A DNA stretch of 64,000 nucleotides from Salpingoeca rosetta (GCA_033442325.1 JAWQFM010000036.1:376719-440718); one strand, 5' to 3'; counted from the stretch's first letter, positions 12,955 through 32,446 are shown. Notes: generated by a model not told the origin, from the letters alone. Numbers and translations: made by a program.

Positions 12955-13959
12955 TGCCAGCTTGTCCTGGAATGGGTCTGGGATGTGCATGTCATCGTCG
13001 TTCATGGGCATCCTCTCAACAGGCTTGTCCCACCATGCTCGCGTTTCCTTCCGCTGCTGCTGTTGCTGTGTTGCTTTCATCGTGCTTGCAGGCATGGCCA
13101 GCCCCTTGGTGGCGTTGGCCTGCTTGAGGGCGCCTGGGCGGAGGGCGAGCTTGCTACTGCTGCTGGTGTTGGGGTTGATGGAACTGTTGGTGCCTGACTG
13201 GTCAGCGCGCACACCAAGCTTCTTGGACGCCTTGCGCGCCGATGGGAAGCCGGGCGTCTTGCCGGCCTTGAGCACGTGGCTGTTGTTGCTCACATCGCCC
13301 AGTGCACGCCGCGGCGTCGCAGCCACAGTCTTGTTTGGGAAAGGAGTGGGTGAGGGGAAGGTGTTGAAGTGGAGGGAGTGAGAGACGCAGTATGTGGTCG
13401 CGTATGAAGTGCGTATATGTTTGTGGATGTCACGAAGCGAGAATGTTTGTGGATGACACAAACATGCGTTTCTCTCCATCTTCGTCTCTGTTTTCTTGTG
13501 AAGAGAGCAAACAACGAACAACACGCCACAAGTGGCGCCCGCCACGCGTTTGCGCACCATTGCTCAGTTGCCTACCTTGGCTGTAACTGGGGTCATGGAC
13601 GGTTGTGTGTTGAGACCGTCCTTGCGAGACGCAAGCCCTGGTGAGTTGTATTGAAATGGCGCGCGCGTGCGTGTGCGTGTGCGTGTGTGTGTGTGTGCGT
13701 GTGTGTATGGTGTGTAGAATAGCAGCGGTGATGAACGGGTGTGAGCGAGGAGTGTTGGTTGACGTGAGGGAATGGCACACCGTAGAGAATAGTCCAAGGG
13801 TTGACAAGGAAAAGCGAAGAAACTCAAACGTACAGGGACACACTAAACACCAAACACATGGACACACGCACACACACCTTTTCTTGGGGAGCGCATCTTG
13901 TTGGCAGCGGTGCCTGGTCGCCCAATGTCTGGGTCGACAAATACGGTGAACGTGGACAT
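12538..13959 (-). CDS. Securin-like D-box protein, 245 aa. Exons 13959-13878, 13637-13576, 13329-12953, 12754-12538
   Basis: All three GT-AG introns are phase-consistent. The protein reads MSTFTVFVDPDIGRPGT...ASRKDGLN...TPRRALGDVSN (RxxLxxxxN destruction box), then a basic disordered middle, WWDKPVERMPMNDDD, and an acidic C-terminus. Confidence 0.6.
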
Positions 13960-14138
13960 GGCGTTGCTGTTTCGTGGGGTTGCCTGAAAGGAGCGTGAGC
14001 GCCAACGACGGTTGTGTGGCAGCGCGCCAAGAGTAGCAGGTTGCACATGAGCACGCGAACTACACACAAACACACACACAGGCAGGCAGGCAGGCAGGTA
14101 GACAGACGACAGACGGACACACACACACACACACACAC

Positions 14139-14201
<63 letters not shown>

Positions 14202-14360
14202 ACACACAGACACACACACACACAGAGACACACACACACACACACACAGACACACACGCACTCGCTGGTTCAAAATTTGCCCGCCGACTGGCTTGTTGTG
14301 GTGACGGGAGTTGTGAGAAAATAAGGCAAATTTTCCCAACTTCGATCAAGAAAACCAACG

Positions 14361-15723
14361 ATGATGACGACTGCGCGCTGGCTCGCAGTTGTTGTTGCTG
14401 CGACTGCTGTGCTGCTAGCGTGCTGTGACAAGGCACTTGCGTCGAGCCCAAAGGACTACAACCAACACGTGAGTACAGCAAAACGACGTGTGCGCGTACG
14501 TGTGCGTGTTTGTTTGTGTGAGTGCGTGTGCGAAACATGTATCTTTCCTTCCCGAACACACTGTTGTCCACACATACAAGCACGCATGCATGGTTTTCGA
14601 TGGTTTCCGTCTACTGATTCTCCATACTGCACAGGTAACCGTGTCCGTGCTTGGCGCACGCTGGAGTTATGACTCTGCCGTTGTGGCGGCAAGGGTAGTT
14701 CATGTCGTGCAGGCGCTCCACAGTAGGTACGGTGACTATTCCGTCTCTTCCTCTCTTTTTTGTTTGTTTTGTGTTGGAGAAGTACGCGCTCATCAGCATC
14801 GTTATTGCAGAAACAACATGTTGCAGCGTGTTCTATGTTTCAGCGCCGCGCAGCAACTTCCCGCGTTCACATCACAGCGTTGTTGTGCATGCACATATAT
14901 AGAGGCCACAATGTCACGCTTCGATTGCAAGAGTGCTGGCGGGAGGATGGTGCGTGCAAGACGCGGCAGCGGCAGACTGGCGAGCCACCTCTGTGGTGGT
15001 ACCCACGCGTGCTCATGTCAGCAGATGCAGCGCAAGGGGAGCCAATCACCTATTCAGGAGCGCTTACGACGCATGCACTGGATGCATACATTACGCAGCT
15101 CGCACAGCCGCTCCAACCCATCGACTTCAACGCTGGTCTTTCGCGCACAAACGCAGATGGCAGCACAGAGAATGCGAAAGAAGCCGAGCAAAGTGCAGCG
15201 TATACAGAGGATGACAGGCACATGGTGGAGGTGGCGGGGTACGATGAAGGGCACGTGGTTGAGGAGGAAGAGGAGGAGGAGGAAGAAGTCGGTGCGCGCG
15301 AAGACACGGCAGCAGGCACCAGGCAGAAACTCAATGATCGTGATCATGCTGAGGACGATTATGGTGATGATGATGGTGATGGTGATGATGATGGTGGTGG
15401 TAATGAGTGTTGTACAGAGCAGAGGCGTGCAGACGAGTGGCAGCAGATGTGTGAGGACAAAGTGTGTATCGTGATATTTGACGACGTGCATGACAGGGCT
15501 TCAGCTGCTGCTGGTGATGATGGCAATGACGACGACAGCAACGGGGGCGACGGGAGGTCCCATCCGACAAACCAGGCCAGTGTTGTGCGCGCACACCTAC
15601 GCGCACACGCACACACACGCCCACGGCGCCCGCCTGTCATGCACATCGCGAGTCGTCTGATTGCGGAGTTTCAAGATGCGTTTCTGCCACGGCAGGTCGA
15701 ACTGCTTGCATCACCGCTGGTGG

Positions 15724-15795
<72 letters not shown>

Positions 15796-16504
15796 GCAAT
15801 AGTGGCGATACGAGGGACGAGCATTCGCGCATGGGCGCAAACAGCAGCAACGGCAGGGGTGATGGTGGCAGTGGTGGTGCGTCGTCGAAATCGTGGCTGC
15901 TGTCTCTTCATCAGCGGCCATCAACGACCCCTGTGGCCGTCTTTCCTCCAGGCACCAGCCGCCCGAGCAAAGTGAGCAAATGCTGTTTGCAAGTGTGTGC
16001 GTGTTGTTTGCACGTGTGTGCGTGTGTGGTGTATGTGTGTGTATGTGTGTGTTTTTCCCACTTTCGTCTTTGGTGATGAAGCACGGCAAGTACGGGCCTG
16101 TCACCTCGTCAACCATCCATCCCCTCCGTTCATCCAATACCATCTGGTGTCTTTCCGTGTGTGTTTGTCTCTTCATGCACATGTCCCTCTCTCCCCTCCC
16201 TCTCCCTCCTCCCTTGTACCTGTCGTCGTGTCAGGTTGTGCATTGTGGCGGCGGCACCAGCGGTGTCAGCGCGTGTGTTCACGACATTCGCGCAGCAGCC
16301 GCGCCCTGGATCGCCACACTCGCGTCAACGCAATTCGACCAGGTGCCATGCGTGTGTGCAAGTGTGTGTGTGTGCATGTGTGTGTGCATGTGTGTGTGCA
16401 TGTGTGCATGTGTGTGTGCATGTGTGTGTGCATGTGTGCATGACCTTTGCGTAACACGCCACACATGCTTGGTCCTGCTCATGAGTAACAACACAACTTC
16501 CCAT

Positions 16505-16552
<48 letters not shown>

Positions 16553-17092
16553 CTGTTGGCTGCACATACATGTCAATGTTGAACAAACAGATTGTGGGCA
16601 GTGACCAGGATGACTCATCAACACTGCACGTCGTTGGGTTTGTGTCATTCAAATCCATTCACACACGCACGCGCACGCGTAGTGGTGCTAGCGCTCACAA
16701 CACTGCTGTTTCAGTTGACGGTGAGTGGTGGCGGTGGCTGTAATGATGATTGTGGTTGTGGTTGTGCCCCAACTGACTTTGGAAGTGGAGTGCATGGCTT
16801 TGGATGCAACGCTTGTTGGGTCAGTGCTGATGGAGGTTAGGCCATGCTTGAGAACATGCTGTGTATTTCGTTTCCATTCACACACACACACACACATGGT
16901 CGTGCTCTTGCCAGAGGTTGGTGGTGATGCGAATTTCACGGCCGCAGCGACGGGCACTGGCGCAAGACAACAGCAGCAACAACAACAACAACAACAACAG
17001 CAGCAGCAGCAGCAGCAACAACAACAACAACAGCAACAACAACAACAACAACAATTGCAGCAGCAGCAGCAGCAGCAACAACAACAACAATT

Positions 17093-17129
<37 letters not shown>

Positions 17130-17138
17130 CAACAATTG

Positions 17139-17179
<41 letters not shown>

Positions 17180-17197
17180 GCAACAACAACAACAATT

Positions 17198-17246
<49 letters not shown>

Positions 17247-17254
17247 CAACAATT

Positions 17255-17316
<62 letters not shown>

Positions 17317-17913
17317 AGCAGCAGCAACGCCTTCAGCCCGCGTTGGTTGGAAGCATGCTGTTTCCAGCACTGCCTTCCCTGCTTGACGTGGAGGGGGAGG
17401 ATGCTGCCACACACGATGGCACCGCTGACGCTGATAGGGCGTGTGGGGAGGAGTGTGCGTTTGTGAAGGCATTCAAGACGCTGCACGCGATGCTTGCAAG
17501 CACGTGTGGCGACACCGCCCAACACCAACGCGGCCGCGAACAAGCGCAAACACCCGATTGCTCATTTCAGGTCAGAGCCTGGAGGTCAAGAGAGGTTGTG
17601 TATATGTGTGCATGAGTGAGGGGTGGGAGAGAGTGAGTACGTGTGTAAGTGTATTTGTGTGAGTGTGTTTGCAAATGTGTGTATGTGTGCGTATGTCTGC
17701 AGGCAACGTGTTGTTGCTTGAATGCTTGCATGCAGTGAACCAACCAAACAAAGGCAGCTCTCCAACGCTCATCGCCCCCAGCTCCTGCTCCCCCCCCCCC
17801 ATCTTCCATGTTCCATTGCAGCTTCACTTTGGAGATGCTGATCGACTCCGTCACATTGCGCGGCGGGCGCACGTGCCAGATACGGTATGCGAGGTCGCTG
17901 TGGACAGAAGCAT

Positions 17914-17961
<48 letters not shown>

Positions 17962-18522
17962 CTGCTCTGCTTGTGAAGTGATGAACACCTACAGACGCAA
18001 AACCAGCGCCACACACCCACACACCCACATACATACATAAAGACACACACGCACACACATTCACACGCACATGATTCTTCTGGTTGCTTGTTGTCTTTGC
18101 AGGCGAAGTGGGCAGTGGTGGTGTATGATCGCACACGCAGCGCCGTCACCACCCTGTGCAGCCATGACGATGTGGATGTTGGTGATGATGTGGATGTTGG
18201 TGATGATGTTGGGTGTCGTGATGGTGTTGGGTGTCATGGTGATGATGGTGACGGTGCGTGCAGCAGGGGCAGACGCGACCCGGACCGCCACGACAACGGC
18301 GATGACAACAGCGATGACAACAGCGATGACAACAGCGGCGCAGACAACACCGACAGCCAGCGTGTTCGTGACGAACATCATCGTGCTTATCTTCATGGCT
18401 ACCGCCAGCATCTTGGCAATCAGGCGGCATGCAATGCAGCGTTTGCTGGTGGCGCACATGTGTCTGCAGTGTCGTTGCTGGCGTGGTTGCGCTGCACTCG
18501 TGATGCCGGTGGCGGTGGTTGA
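14361..18522 (+). CDS. Secreted or ER multi-exon hypothetical protein with acidic and polyQ inserts, possibly non-catalytic thioredoxin/PDI-like; exon structure approximate
   Basis: Signal peptide [27 protein letters not shown]. Coding blocks lie at about 14635-14725, 14903-15971, 16236-16343, 16714-16835, 16917-17570, 17822-17884 and 18103-18522, bounded by [20 protein letters not shown] and [13 protein letters not shown] resemble PDI b-domain segments; no CxxC active site seen. Confidence 0.45.
16968..17327 (+). repeat. CAG/CAA trinucleotide tract of about 120 codons (polyQ), punctuated by TTG (Leu)
   Basis: Directly visible as repeated (CAG)n(CAA)nTTG units inside a likely exon. Confidence 0.9.
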
Positions 18523-18529
18523 ATATGTA

Positions 18530-18560
<31 letters not shown>

Positions 18561-18561
18561 C

Positions 18562-18598
<37 letters not shown>

Positions 18599-19023
18599 CA
18601 CGCATTGATTATTGCTTGTTTAGTGGCCCATTGAATATCACGTGGAATGGCGAGTATGTGGAAACGCAAAGGCGCAAAGAGAGACAACGAGTTGGAAACA
18701 GGCAAGCACACATACACACAGATACACGAATACGAATACGTAGGTACACAGATGCACACAGACACAGACACAGACACACACACACACACACACACACAGA
18801 CACACACAGACAGACAGACAGACAGACACACATACACACACACACACACAGACACGAGAAAGGGCGAATACGAACACGCAGGTACACAGATGCACATACA
18901 CAGCTGCTCATAACCTATTTCTCCTCCTCCCCGCCCCCTCCATCATCCCAGAATCCACTATCGTTCTCATCGTTTGCACTGCCGTTCCGTACCATCACCC
19001 TTTACCGCCACCATCACAATTCC

Positions 19024-19977
19024 TTAACGTAACCCCGTGTCATCATCCCCACCACCACCACCACCACCACCACCACCACCACCACCACCACTGCGCCTGC
19101 CACGTTCACTGCTCTCACCAAAGGATGCGAGGGTGCGGTCGAGCTTGGCGTTGGCGTGCCTGTACAGCTCCATCTCGTGCCGCAACACGCCGTCCAACAC
19201 CTCCGCCCGCTGCGCTTCCGCCGGCACCGCGGACTTGTGCGCGTTCTGGTGCACGTGCGTGGTGCCTTCCACCAAGGCATCGGCCTGCTCGCGGCTCAGC
19301 CCCATGGTGAGCGCGAGCGCGCGGATCGTGTCTCCCATGCGTTCGGTCGTGCCGACAACGGCAAACGTGTCCAGGTTGTCCTTGGCCACGCGCAGCGCCA
19401 AGTCCATATCCTTGCGCACGGCCTTCACATCGTCGGGGTGCAGGTAGGTGGCCGGGAATGAGGGCAGAACGTCTGCATAGAACTGAAACTGGTACACGTG
19501 TGCAAGGTTATCCTGCTGCAGCCAGCGCACGAAGTCGTTGTTGTGCTCGGCCGGGTCCACGTGCCAGTGCTTGTTCCACATGGACCAACGATGCTCTAGC
19601 GGGTGCCTCAGCAATGCAATGGTGCGGAAGTTGTTGCACGGTAAGCTCAGGTACACGGATATCGAGTCGTGGCTCGTCACAAAGTCGCACGTGTCCCAGC
19701 GTGTCAGGTTGGCCACGAGCTTGTCTTGGGCTTGCTTATCAATATAGAATTGCCCAAAACAGTTGCCTTTCTTGGATCCCAGCCGCATCGAATCCCTGTC
19801 GAAGAATGGGCGGGAGAGAGCGTGACATTGGGGGAGAGCGGGGACATTGGGAGAGAGCGTGACAGCGAAACAACAGGGGCACAGAGTGAACTTGTGAGCA
19901 TGCACACGCCAATCGCGTCCAGCGAAGGTGGTCACAACAGATGGCTTCAAACAAAACACAACCCGATCCCATGTGGT

Positions 19978-20055
<78 letters not shown>

Positions 20056-20573
20056 CTGAGGTCATGAGCTGATCGAAGCACGCACGCAAGCCGCAGGCAA
20101 GCATGCCACCAACAAACCCGCACCAATCTCGCCCTCCTCACCCACACCCCGTCCGCAATCCCCCCCCCTTTGTCTTTGTCGTACGTGACGTAGTTTCCTG
20201 GACAAGGACGAGGTGTGCGATCGAGCGCTTTGTTTAGGACCTTGACGATACTTGCGTGAAGGCTTGTTCCACCGCTAAGCGGGAAGTGGACAAGAAAGAA
20301 AGGCGAGTTCTTGCAGGCGATCTTGGGGATCACGTGCGGTCGAAAGAAACACTGATCGCCCACGACAGCTGTCTTGGCATGCTCCAGCACGGCCTTGCCT
20401 ACTCCACCACCACCACCTCTGGACGACGCCGTGTACGTATCCACCACCAGCAAGAACACCACAAGCGCAGCGAACGCGCCAAGCAACCGAAGGCGACTCC
20501 TTATCCTCTTGTCGCCGCCACCTCTGCCGCTCCCTGACTGTTGCTGTTGCTGTTGCTGTTGTAGCGTCGTCAT
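19024..20573 (-). CDS. Type II membrane sulfotransferase-like protein, paralog A. Exons 20573-20185 and 19795-19024
   Basis: N-terminal TM (LLGAFAALVVFLLVV). 5'-PSB-like FLVHFPLSGGTSL, 3'-PB-like IALLRHPLEHRWSMW, FAVVGTTERM and HEMELYRHA. Phase-2 intron GTCAC|GTACGA...GACAG|G. Confidence 0.85.
19050..19419 (-). repeat. Copy 1 of a near-identical segment of about 350 bp, inverted relative to 38071-38420
   Basis: Encodes VRKDMDLALRVAKDNLDTFAVVGTTERM...ERxRRSGGG, with only a handful of nucleotide differences from the copy in paralog B. Confidence 0.9.
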
Positions 20574-20679
20574 CGTCCTTGCTGTTGTGGCTCCTCCTTC
20601 TCACTGCTGTTGTCGTGGCGAACAAAAAAGTAAAACTGAATTCAGTTGGATAGCACCGCAGCGACTGAATTCAGTGTGT

Positions 20680-20719
<40 letters not shown>

Positions 20720-20723
20720 GTGC

Positions 20724-20804
<81 letters not shown>

Positions 20805-21125
20805 TGTGTGTATGTGCGCGCATGTTTTGCGTTGCGTGAAAACGTCGCCTCTCCGGTCTCTCGGTTGTTGTCCACCAGCACACACACACACACATGTACG
20901 TCTGGCACTTGCTTGCACACCTTCGTTGAAGGCTCGTTTATATCCTACGAGAGATGTGACCTGCCTTGTCACAAGAGCGCTTGAGAAACTGTGTAACATC
21001 ATGTGACGTCAAGCAGTTGAACAAATGTACAAGCAAGAATAGATTACAGTAGTGCCATCACCCGAGCAAGCGGCTCCATCATGCACGTTGCTTTTGCTTT
21101 CCAACCCTTCCATGGCGATGTCATA

Positions 21126-26531
<5,406 letters not shown>

Positions 26532-26836
26532 GAAGGATGGGAGCTCGTGTGCGTTCTTGCGTGTGTGCGTATGCGTTGTGCGTATGCGTTGTGCGTCTGC
26601 GTTGTGTGTGTGTGGGTGCGTGAACGTGGAGTGTGGGTGTGAATGGGCAGTGTGAACGGGCAGTGAGAACGTGGAGTGTGAGCGAGTGCTCGGTTTGGTC
26701 GGTGGCAAGTTTGGACGATTTGCGACTGCATTAACGTTTTTCTTCAACGCAGACAAGAAGGATTGAAAGTCGTCCCTTGCGGTGGCACACACACAGTCGC
26801 ACGCACACACACACAGACAGACACACACACACACAC

Positions 26837-26947
<111 letters not shown>

Positions 26948-26983
26948 GTGCGCGCACGCGTAGGCGCAAAGGATCATGGGTTA

Positions 26984-28120
26984 TTAGTTGCCCGTGCGTC
27001 CACGCAGCCACCTGACGTATTCCTTGAGAGAGATGCTGCCATCGTGGTTGGCGTCCAGCTCAGCCAGCGCATCATCAAGCGAACCAAGGTCATATCTACG
27101 CATGACACATGGGAGCAAAAGGTGTGTGAGGGAGAAAAAGCAAACGTTGGGCTGAATATTCGCGGTGCATACGCAACCAGTGTGGTGGCCTTGCGCAAAC
27201 AGTTGCGCTTGTGAATGCACTTGTGTTTGTTGCATTTCTCTCAATCTCTCAAATCTCTCTCTGTTTCTAGCTCATCCCAACCCCCCAATCCCCATCGTTG
27301 TATCCTCCCTCTGAGTACCACGTACGATTGCTTGAGGTTGTCGTAGAGGGAAGCAAACTCTTCGCGCGAGATGGCGCCGTTGCGATCTTTGTCAAAGTAG
27401 TTGAAGTGGTCCGTCGTCACTTGCAGCCACTGCACACAGGTGCATGCGTGTGAGTGCATGCGTGTGAGTGAATGAGTGCGAGAGTGCGTGAATGAACGAG
27501 TGAGAGACAGAGAGAGTGAGTGTATGTTAGCGCAAGTAAAGCTGAGAGTGAGAGAGAGCGAGAGAGAGTGTGTGTGTGTGCGTGGCATTGGCTGTGTGGG
27601 TGTGTTAGCACAAGTGATGGCGAGAGCGAGAGGGCGCGTGTTCACATGGGTACATTGACTGATCAACAACGCAAACAAACAGTATCACATGGCTGCACAG
27701 CAAAGAAAACGCACCTGCGCCCACTCTTCGGCCTTCTTCTGGTTCTCCTGCTCATCCTTCAGCACCTATGATGGGTGATGACACATGTGTATATGCATGT
27801 GAGAGTGAGAATGGGCGGAGGGTGCATGAAGTAGTTGACGAGGCTGTGTGTACACACAAGTCACCAACAAGCAAAGCACACACGCACACATGACGTGTGC
27901 CATTGCATGCGTGCCCGTGGTAAACGCACCTGGAACCTGTCCTTCTGTGCCCACCACTTCTTGAACTCGTCATATGTGATCTTTCCAGATTGATCCTTGT
28001 CGATGATGCGCAGGGAGGTCTCAATCTGTTGTGCGTGCGTGTGTGTGTGCGTGTGTGTGTGTGCGTGTGTGTGCGCGCGTGTATGTGTGAATGTGTGTGA
28101 GTGTGAGTGTGTGAGTGTGA

Positions 28121-28165
<45 letters not shown>

Positions 28166-28792
28166 TTCGGAACACAATGCGTGGTGAGCGTGATGCAAGG
28201 ATGCACGCGACAAAGCATCATCTTTGCGAAGGTGCGTGTTGGGTTACATCCAATTACAACAAAATGACTCGCCTCCTCATCAGACATGGGGTGTCCAAGT
28301 TTGTACACAATCTGCAAAGTGAGGTGTGGTGGGTGTGCGTGAGGATAGGGACGAAGCAGAAGGGAAGGACGTTCAAAGTTGCAACAAGAGAGACGTGACA
28401 CGAACATGGCACATGGGAGGAGAAAGGTAGTGCGTGTATGATAGGCGCGGCATTGCAAGACACTTTGCACACCAACACACACACACACACACACCAACAT
28501 CCACACACACACAGACACACGCACACATCCACACACACGTACTGACCGCCTTGAGCTCGCTGGCGTCGATGTTGCCCGACTTGTCTTGGTCGTGCGCGTC
28601 AAAGATGATCTGCACCCGTCCGTGTGAGCAAGAGAGTGAGGGGATGAGGGAGGAAGGCCCTGTCTCTCCGTCTCGCTTTCCCTCTCTGTTTGCGTGCACG
28701 GAAACGAAGGCAGATCTCCTACCACAAGCCCCCCACCCAAACAAGTCTACCCATCCACGGTTCCGTGTACCCACCCTTGAGAGCAGAGGCAT
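26984..28792 (-). CDS. Calmodulin-like protein with 4 EF hands, 7 exons
   Basis: EF loops DQDKSGNIDASE, DKDQSGKITYDE, DKDRNGAISREE and DANHDGSISLKE. Exons join in phase: MPLLSR|IIFDAH..ELKA|IVYKLGHPMSDEE|IETSLRII..FQ|VLKDEQ..WAQ|WLQ..KQS|YDLG..GN*. Confidence 0.9.
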
Positions 28793-29372
28793 GGCGAGGG
28801 TTACAGCTGGTCTTGTCTGTCACACTGTCAGGAACAAGACAGCAAGCAAGAGTAAGATGAACGCAAAGGCAGCAAGTCAGCAACAGGCACCTGCTTGCTC
28901 GATGTGACAGGCAAACAAACAGACAACTCACAAAGAGTGGGAGGAGTTTGTTTGGATTTCTGCTCCGTGTTGTGTGTGTGTGTGTGTGTGAGTGCATTTT
29001 GCGGCAGTGGTGCTTGTTTGTGGCGTGCTGTTGTGTTGTGTTGTTGTCCTTCCACTGCACCAAGGTGACACCCATCCTCGTCCGCCACCTGTTCCACAGC
29101 ACGGCCGCCCTCCGCCCTCGGCTGGACGCAAGGCCATGTTCATCTTTGGCACGGAAACCTTCACCTTTGAGGTAAGGGAGTGGGCCAATACACACTCTCT
29201 CGTGCCACTGACTGGCGACACCATCTCCCGGTTGTCACTCACCAGGTGCTTTGTTCTGTAATGTCCTCCTGTCACGCTATGCACGGCGCTGCTTCAGGGT
29301 CGCTTCCTTGGGACGGTTCCTATCAACTCTGTTCGGGCAGATGGCGAGGAGCGCCTCTCCGCAGCATGGCAG

Positions 29373-30423
29373 ATGCTGACGCTCAAGCTCGACAAGCTGC
29401 ACGTACGTTGGGTGTGTGTGTGTGTGTTTGTGTGTGTGTATGTATGTGTATGTTTGTGTGTGCGTGTGTGTATGTTTGTGTATGTTCGTGCGTGTGTGTG
29501 TGCGTGTGTATGTTTGTGTATGTGTGTGCGTGTATGTGTGCATGTGCGCGTACATGCGCGCCCATCTGTCTGGTCTCTGTCTCCATCCGCGCTCCACTCT
29601 TCCTTCCTCTGTGCGTGTGTGCCATTGTGGACGTACGCCATGTCACGCGTGCACACCCTTGCACCGCCTATCAAACAGGAGCGGCTGATTGACGAGACTA
29701 TGGCCAGCAAGCACGGCGGTAATGCAACCGACGCCCTTAGACGGAAGATTGATAAGGCGAGTCAGTGCACATGTGGTGTGGTGTGGTGTGCATGTGTGTG
29801 CATGTGTGTGTGTGCGTGTGTGCGTGTGTGCGTGCGTGCGTGCGTGCGTGTGCGTATGTGTGTATGCGTGTGTGTACGTGTGTGTGCATGTGTGCGTGCG
29901 TGTGGTGATAGTGGGTGTGGGGTTAACTTTTCCCCGTTCTCACCACTGCTGCGCTGCACCATCGCAACAGCAACTCCAAAAGCACGGTCGTGATGTGCGA
30001 AGAGGAGAAGCGTCGGTGTTGGACATATCGGCTACTCATGTTACAGTAAGCACGCATACGATGCTACACATGCGTGGATTGTGTGCGTGCGTGCACGTGT
30101 GTGTGTATCTTTGTCGCGCACCGCTGTGACACCTCTTGTTCACCTCCTCACGCACACACACATACACAACGTACGTGGCGTGCCCAGCTCAAGGCGCGAT
30201 GGGACATCAGCGTGGAGCCGACGCGGTTCGCATCGCTGCGCATTGCGGAAGTCGGCGTCCTGCCATCAACGATACCGGATATGGGCTGCGTTGGATTTGT
30301 CTACGAAGGTGCGATGATCGTCTGCACACGTGTGCATGTGTGTGTGTGTGCGCGTACGTGTCAATGTGTGTGCGTGCGTGTCAATGTGTGTGTGTGTGTG
30401 TGTCATCCACATCGAGCACCGCT

Positions 30424-30466
<43 letters not shown>

Positions 30467-31225
30467 CTCTGTCTGTCTCCCTGTCTGTCTGTCTCTGTCT
30501 CTCTCCCTGTGTGCTTTCAGGCCGTCGGTCCAAGTTCCACGCGATGCTCGTGCCAAAGGAGGAGAGCACAAAGTGCAGTGACGCAATCAAGGAATCGGTG
30601 AGCGAGCCCGTGTGTGCAATGTCGTGTACAACATGTATGTGTGTGTGCGTGCGCGTGTGTGTGTGTGTGTGTGTACGTGAAGCAGCTGCAGGAGCACCAG
30701 CAGTAGCAGCAGCAGCAGCAGTAGTAGTGGCAGCAGCAGTAGCAGCAGTGGCACTGCCTCAGAACACGTTTGTGAACGAAGTCCACCATTTCCACCCAAC
30801 ATCCATCCCCCGCTCATGCACCCCTCTAACAATCACATGCCCTTTGCACATCACCACCCTCTCGCCGTTCGTAACAACTGACGCACGCGCGCGTGTGTAT
30901 ATGTTGTTTTTTGGCTGCTGCTGCTGCGACTGCTGTTGCTGCTGTTGCCCTGAACAACAGGTTCGTCTTGCCCGCAAAGCGGAGCGCGAGGCCGAGGAAA
31001 CAAACGTTCCAAACCCGGACTTGACTGCCGATACAGAAACATCGGCGAGTGTGGACTCATTGTCCACCCTCGCTCGCCGCGCCCGCACAAGCAGCAGCAG
31101 CAGCAGTGCTGATGGTGGCGGTGATAATGCAAACACGATTCGGTTTGGGATTGGATTTAAACGCCAGTCATCCATTCGGGTAATTGAAAGGGTGGTGGTG
31201 GTGGTGGTGGGGAGTAAGTGTCGAC

Positions 31226-31262
<37 letters not shown>

Positions 31263-31702
31263 CGTGTGTGTGCATGCGTGCGTGTATTTTTGTATGTGCG
31301 TGTGTGTGTGTGTGTGTATGTGCGTGTTTGTAATACTCATGCTTCACCATGTTCGCCAACTTAACATCACAATCGTCACCATGTACACCACGGCATTGTG
31401 CACGACCAGCTCAACGCACGGCTGCAACGAAAAGCGTCCATTGGTCTTCGAAGGAAAGGCCGAGGACAGGTATGTGATGATGATGGTGGTGGTGGTGGTG
31501 GTCCAAATCGTGGTCGGCTCTCCAACAGCGTGCGTTGATTGTGCACACACTTCACCCTTCATGCCGTTTGCTTGCATGCACGTGCCTCACCATACCGTGC
31601 ACACATGTCACATCATCTCCACGTTTGCAATCGCACATTTCATCAGCGGTCCTCCACCGTGTCCGCGTCATCCATGACGAGTCTTCGTAAGCGCCTCACG
31701 TG

Positions 31703-31737
<35 letters not shown>

Positions 31738-32446
31738 TGTGTATGTGTGTGTGTGTGTGTGTGTTGCTGTGTCATGGCATGTGTGCACAATGTGATGCAA
31801 ATTCTTTGAGTGTTTGCACATTGAATGTCACTTCTTCTCCACATACGCACACACACACACACACACACTACCTGTCACACACACTCTCTCACTATTTCTT
31901 ACACCCCCCCCCCACGTCTCTCTCTCTCTCACACACACACACACACGCTCACTCACACACACATCTACCTCTGCGCACGTCTTGCTTTTCAGCTGACAGC
32001 CGGGAGTCGAGTACATCAAACACACGCGTGAACAGCACCATCGATATCAGCAGCAGCTGCGGTGATAGTGGTGACAGTGGCGGCAGACGAGATCATGCCC
32101 GCGATTCAGCGGCCACATCAATGCAAGCAGCTACTACAACAACAACAGCAACAACAACAAGCGTGCCCGTAATGTCGGCGCCCATGCATGCCATGCCTGC
32201 AAGCAACAGTGAAACCACACGCAGCTGTGATGATGCATGCGACGGCACCGATGACGATGATTTGCTGGCTGATGTTGATGAAGGGCTCTTCGACGCTGTT
32301 GATGTTATTGCGGAGGTGAACAAGTGACGCATTGTGCTGTTGTGCTGTGCTGTGGTGTGTTGAGTTGCGTTGTGGTGTTCTGCATGATTTTCTTGTCTCA
32401 GAGTCTGGGGGGTGGGGAATTCTTGTTGCTTTTGCTCCCGATTGTA

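Noticed and set aside
12953-13329. Cyclin B or other mitotic cyclin, based on the D-box
   Set aside because: The spliced protein ends at 245 aa with no cyclin box
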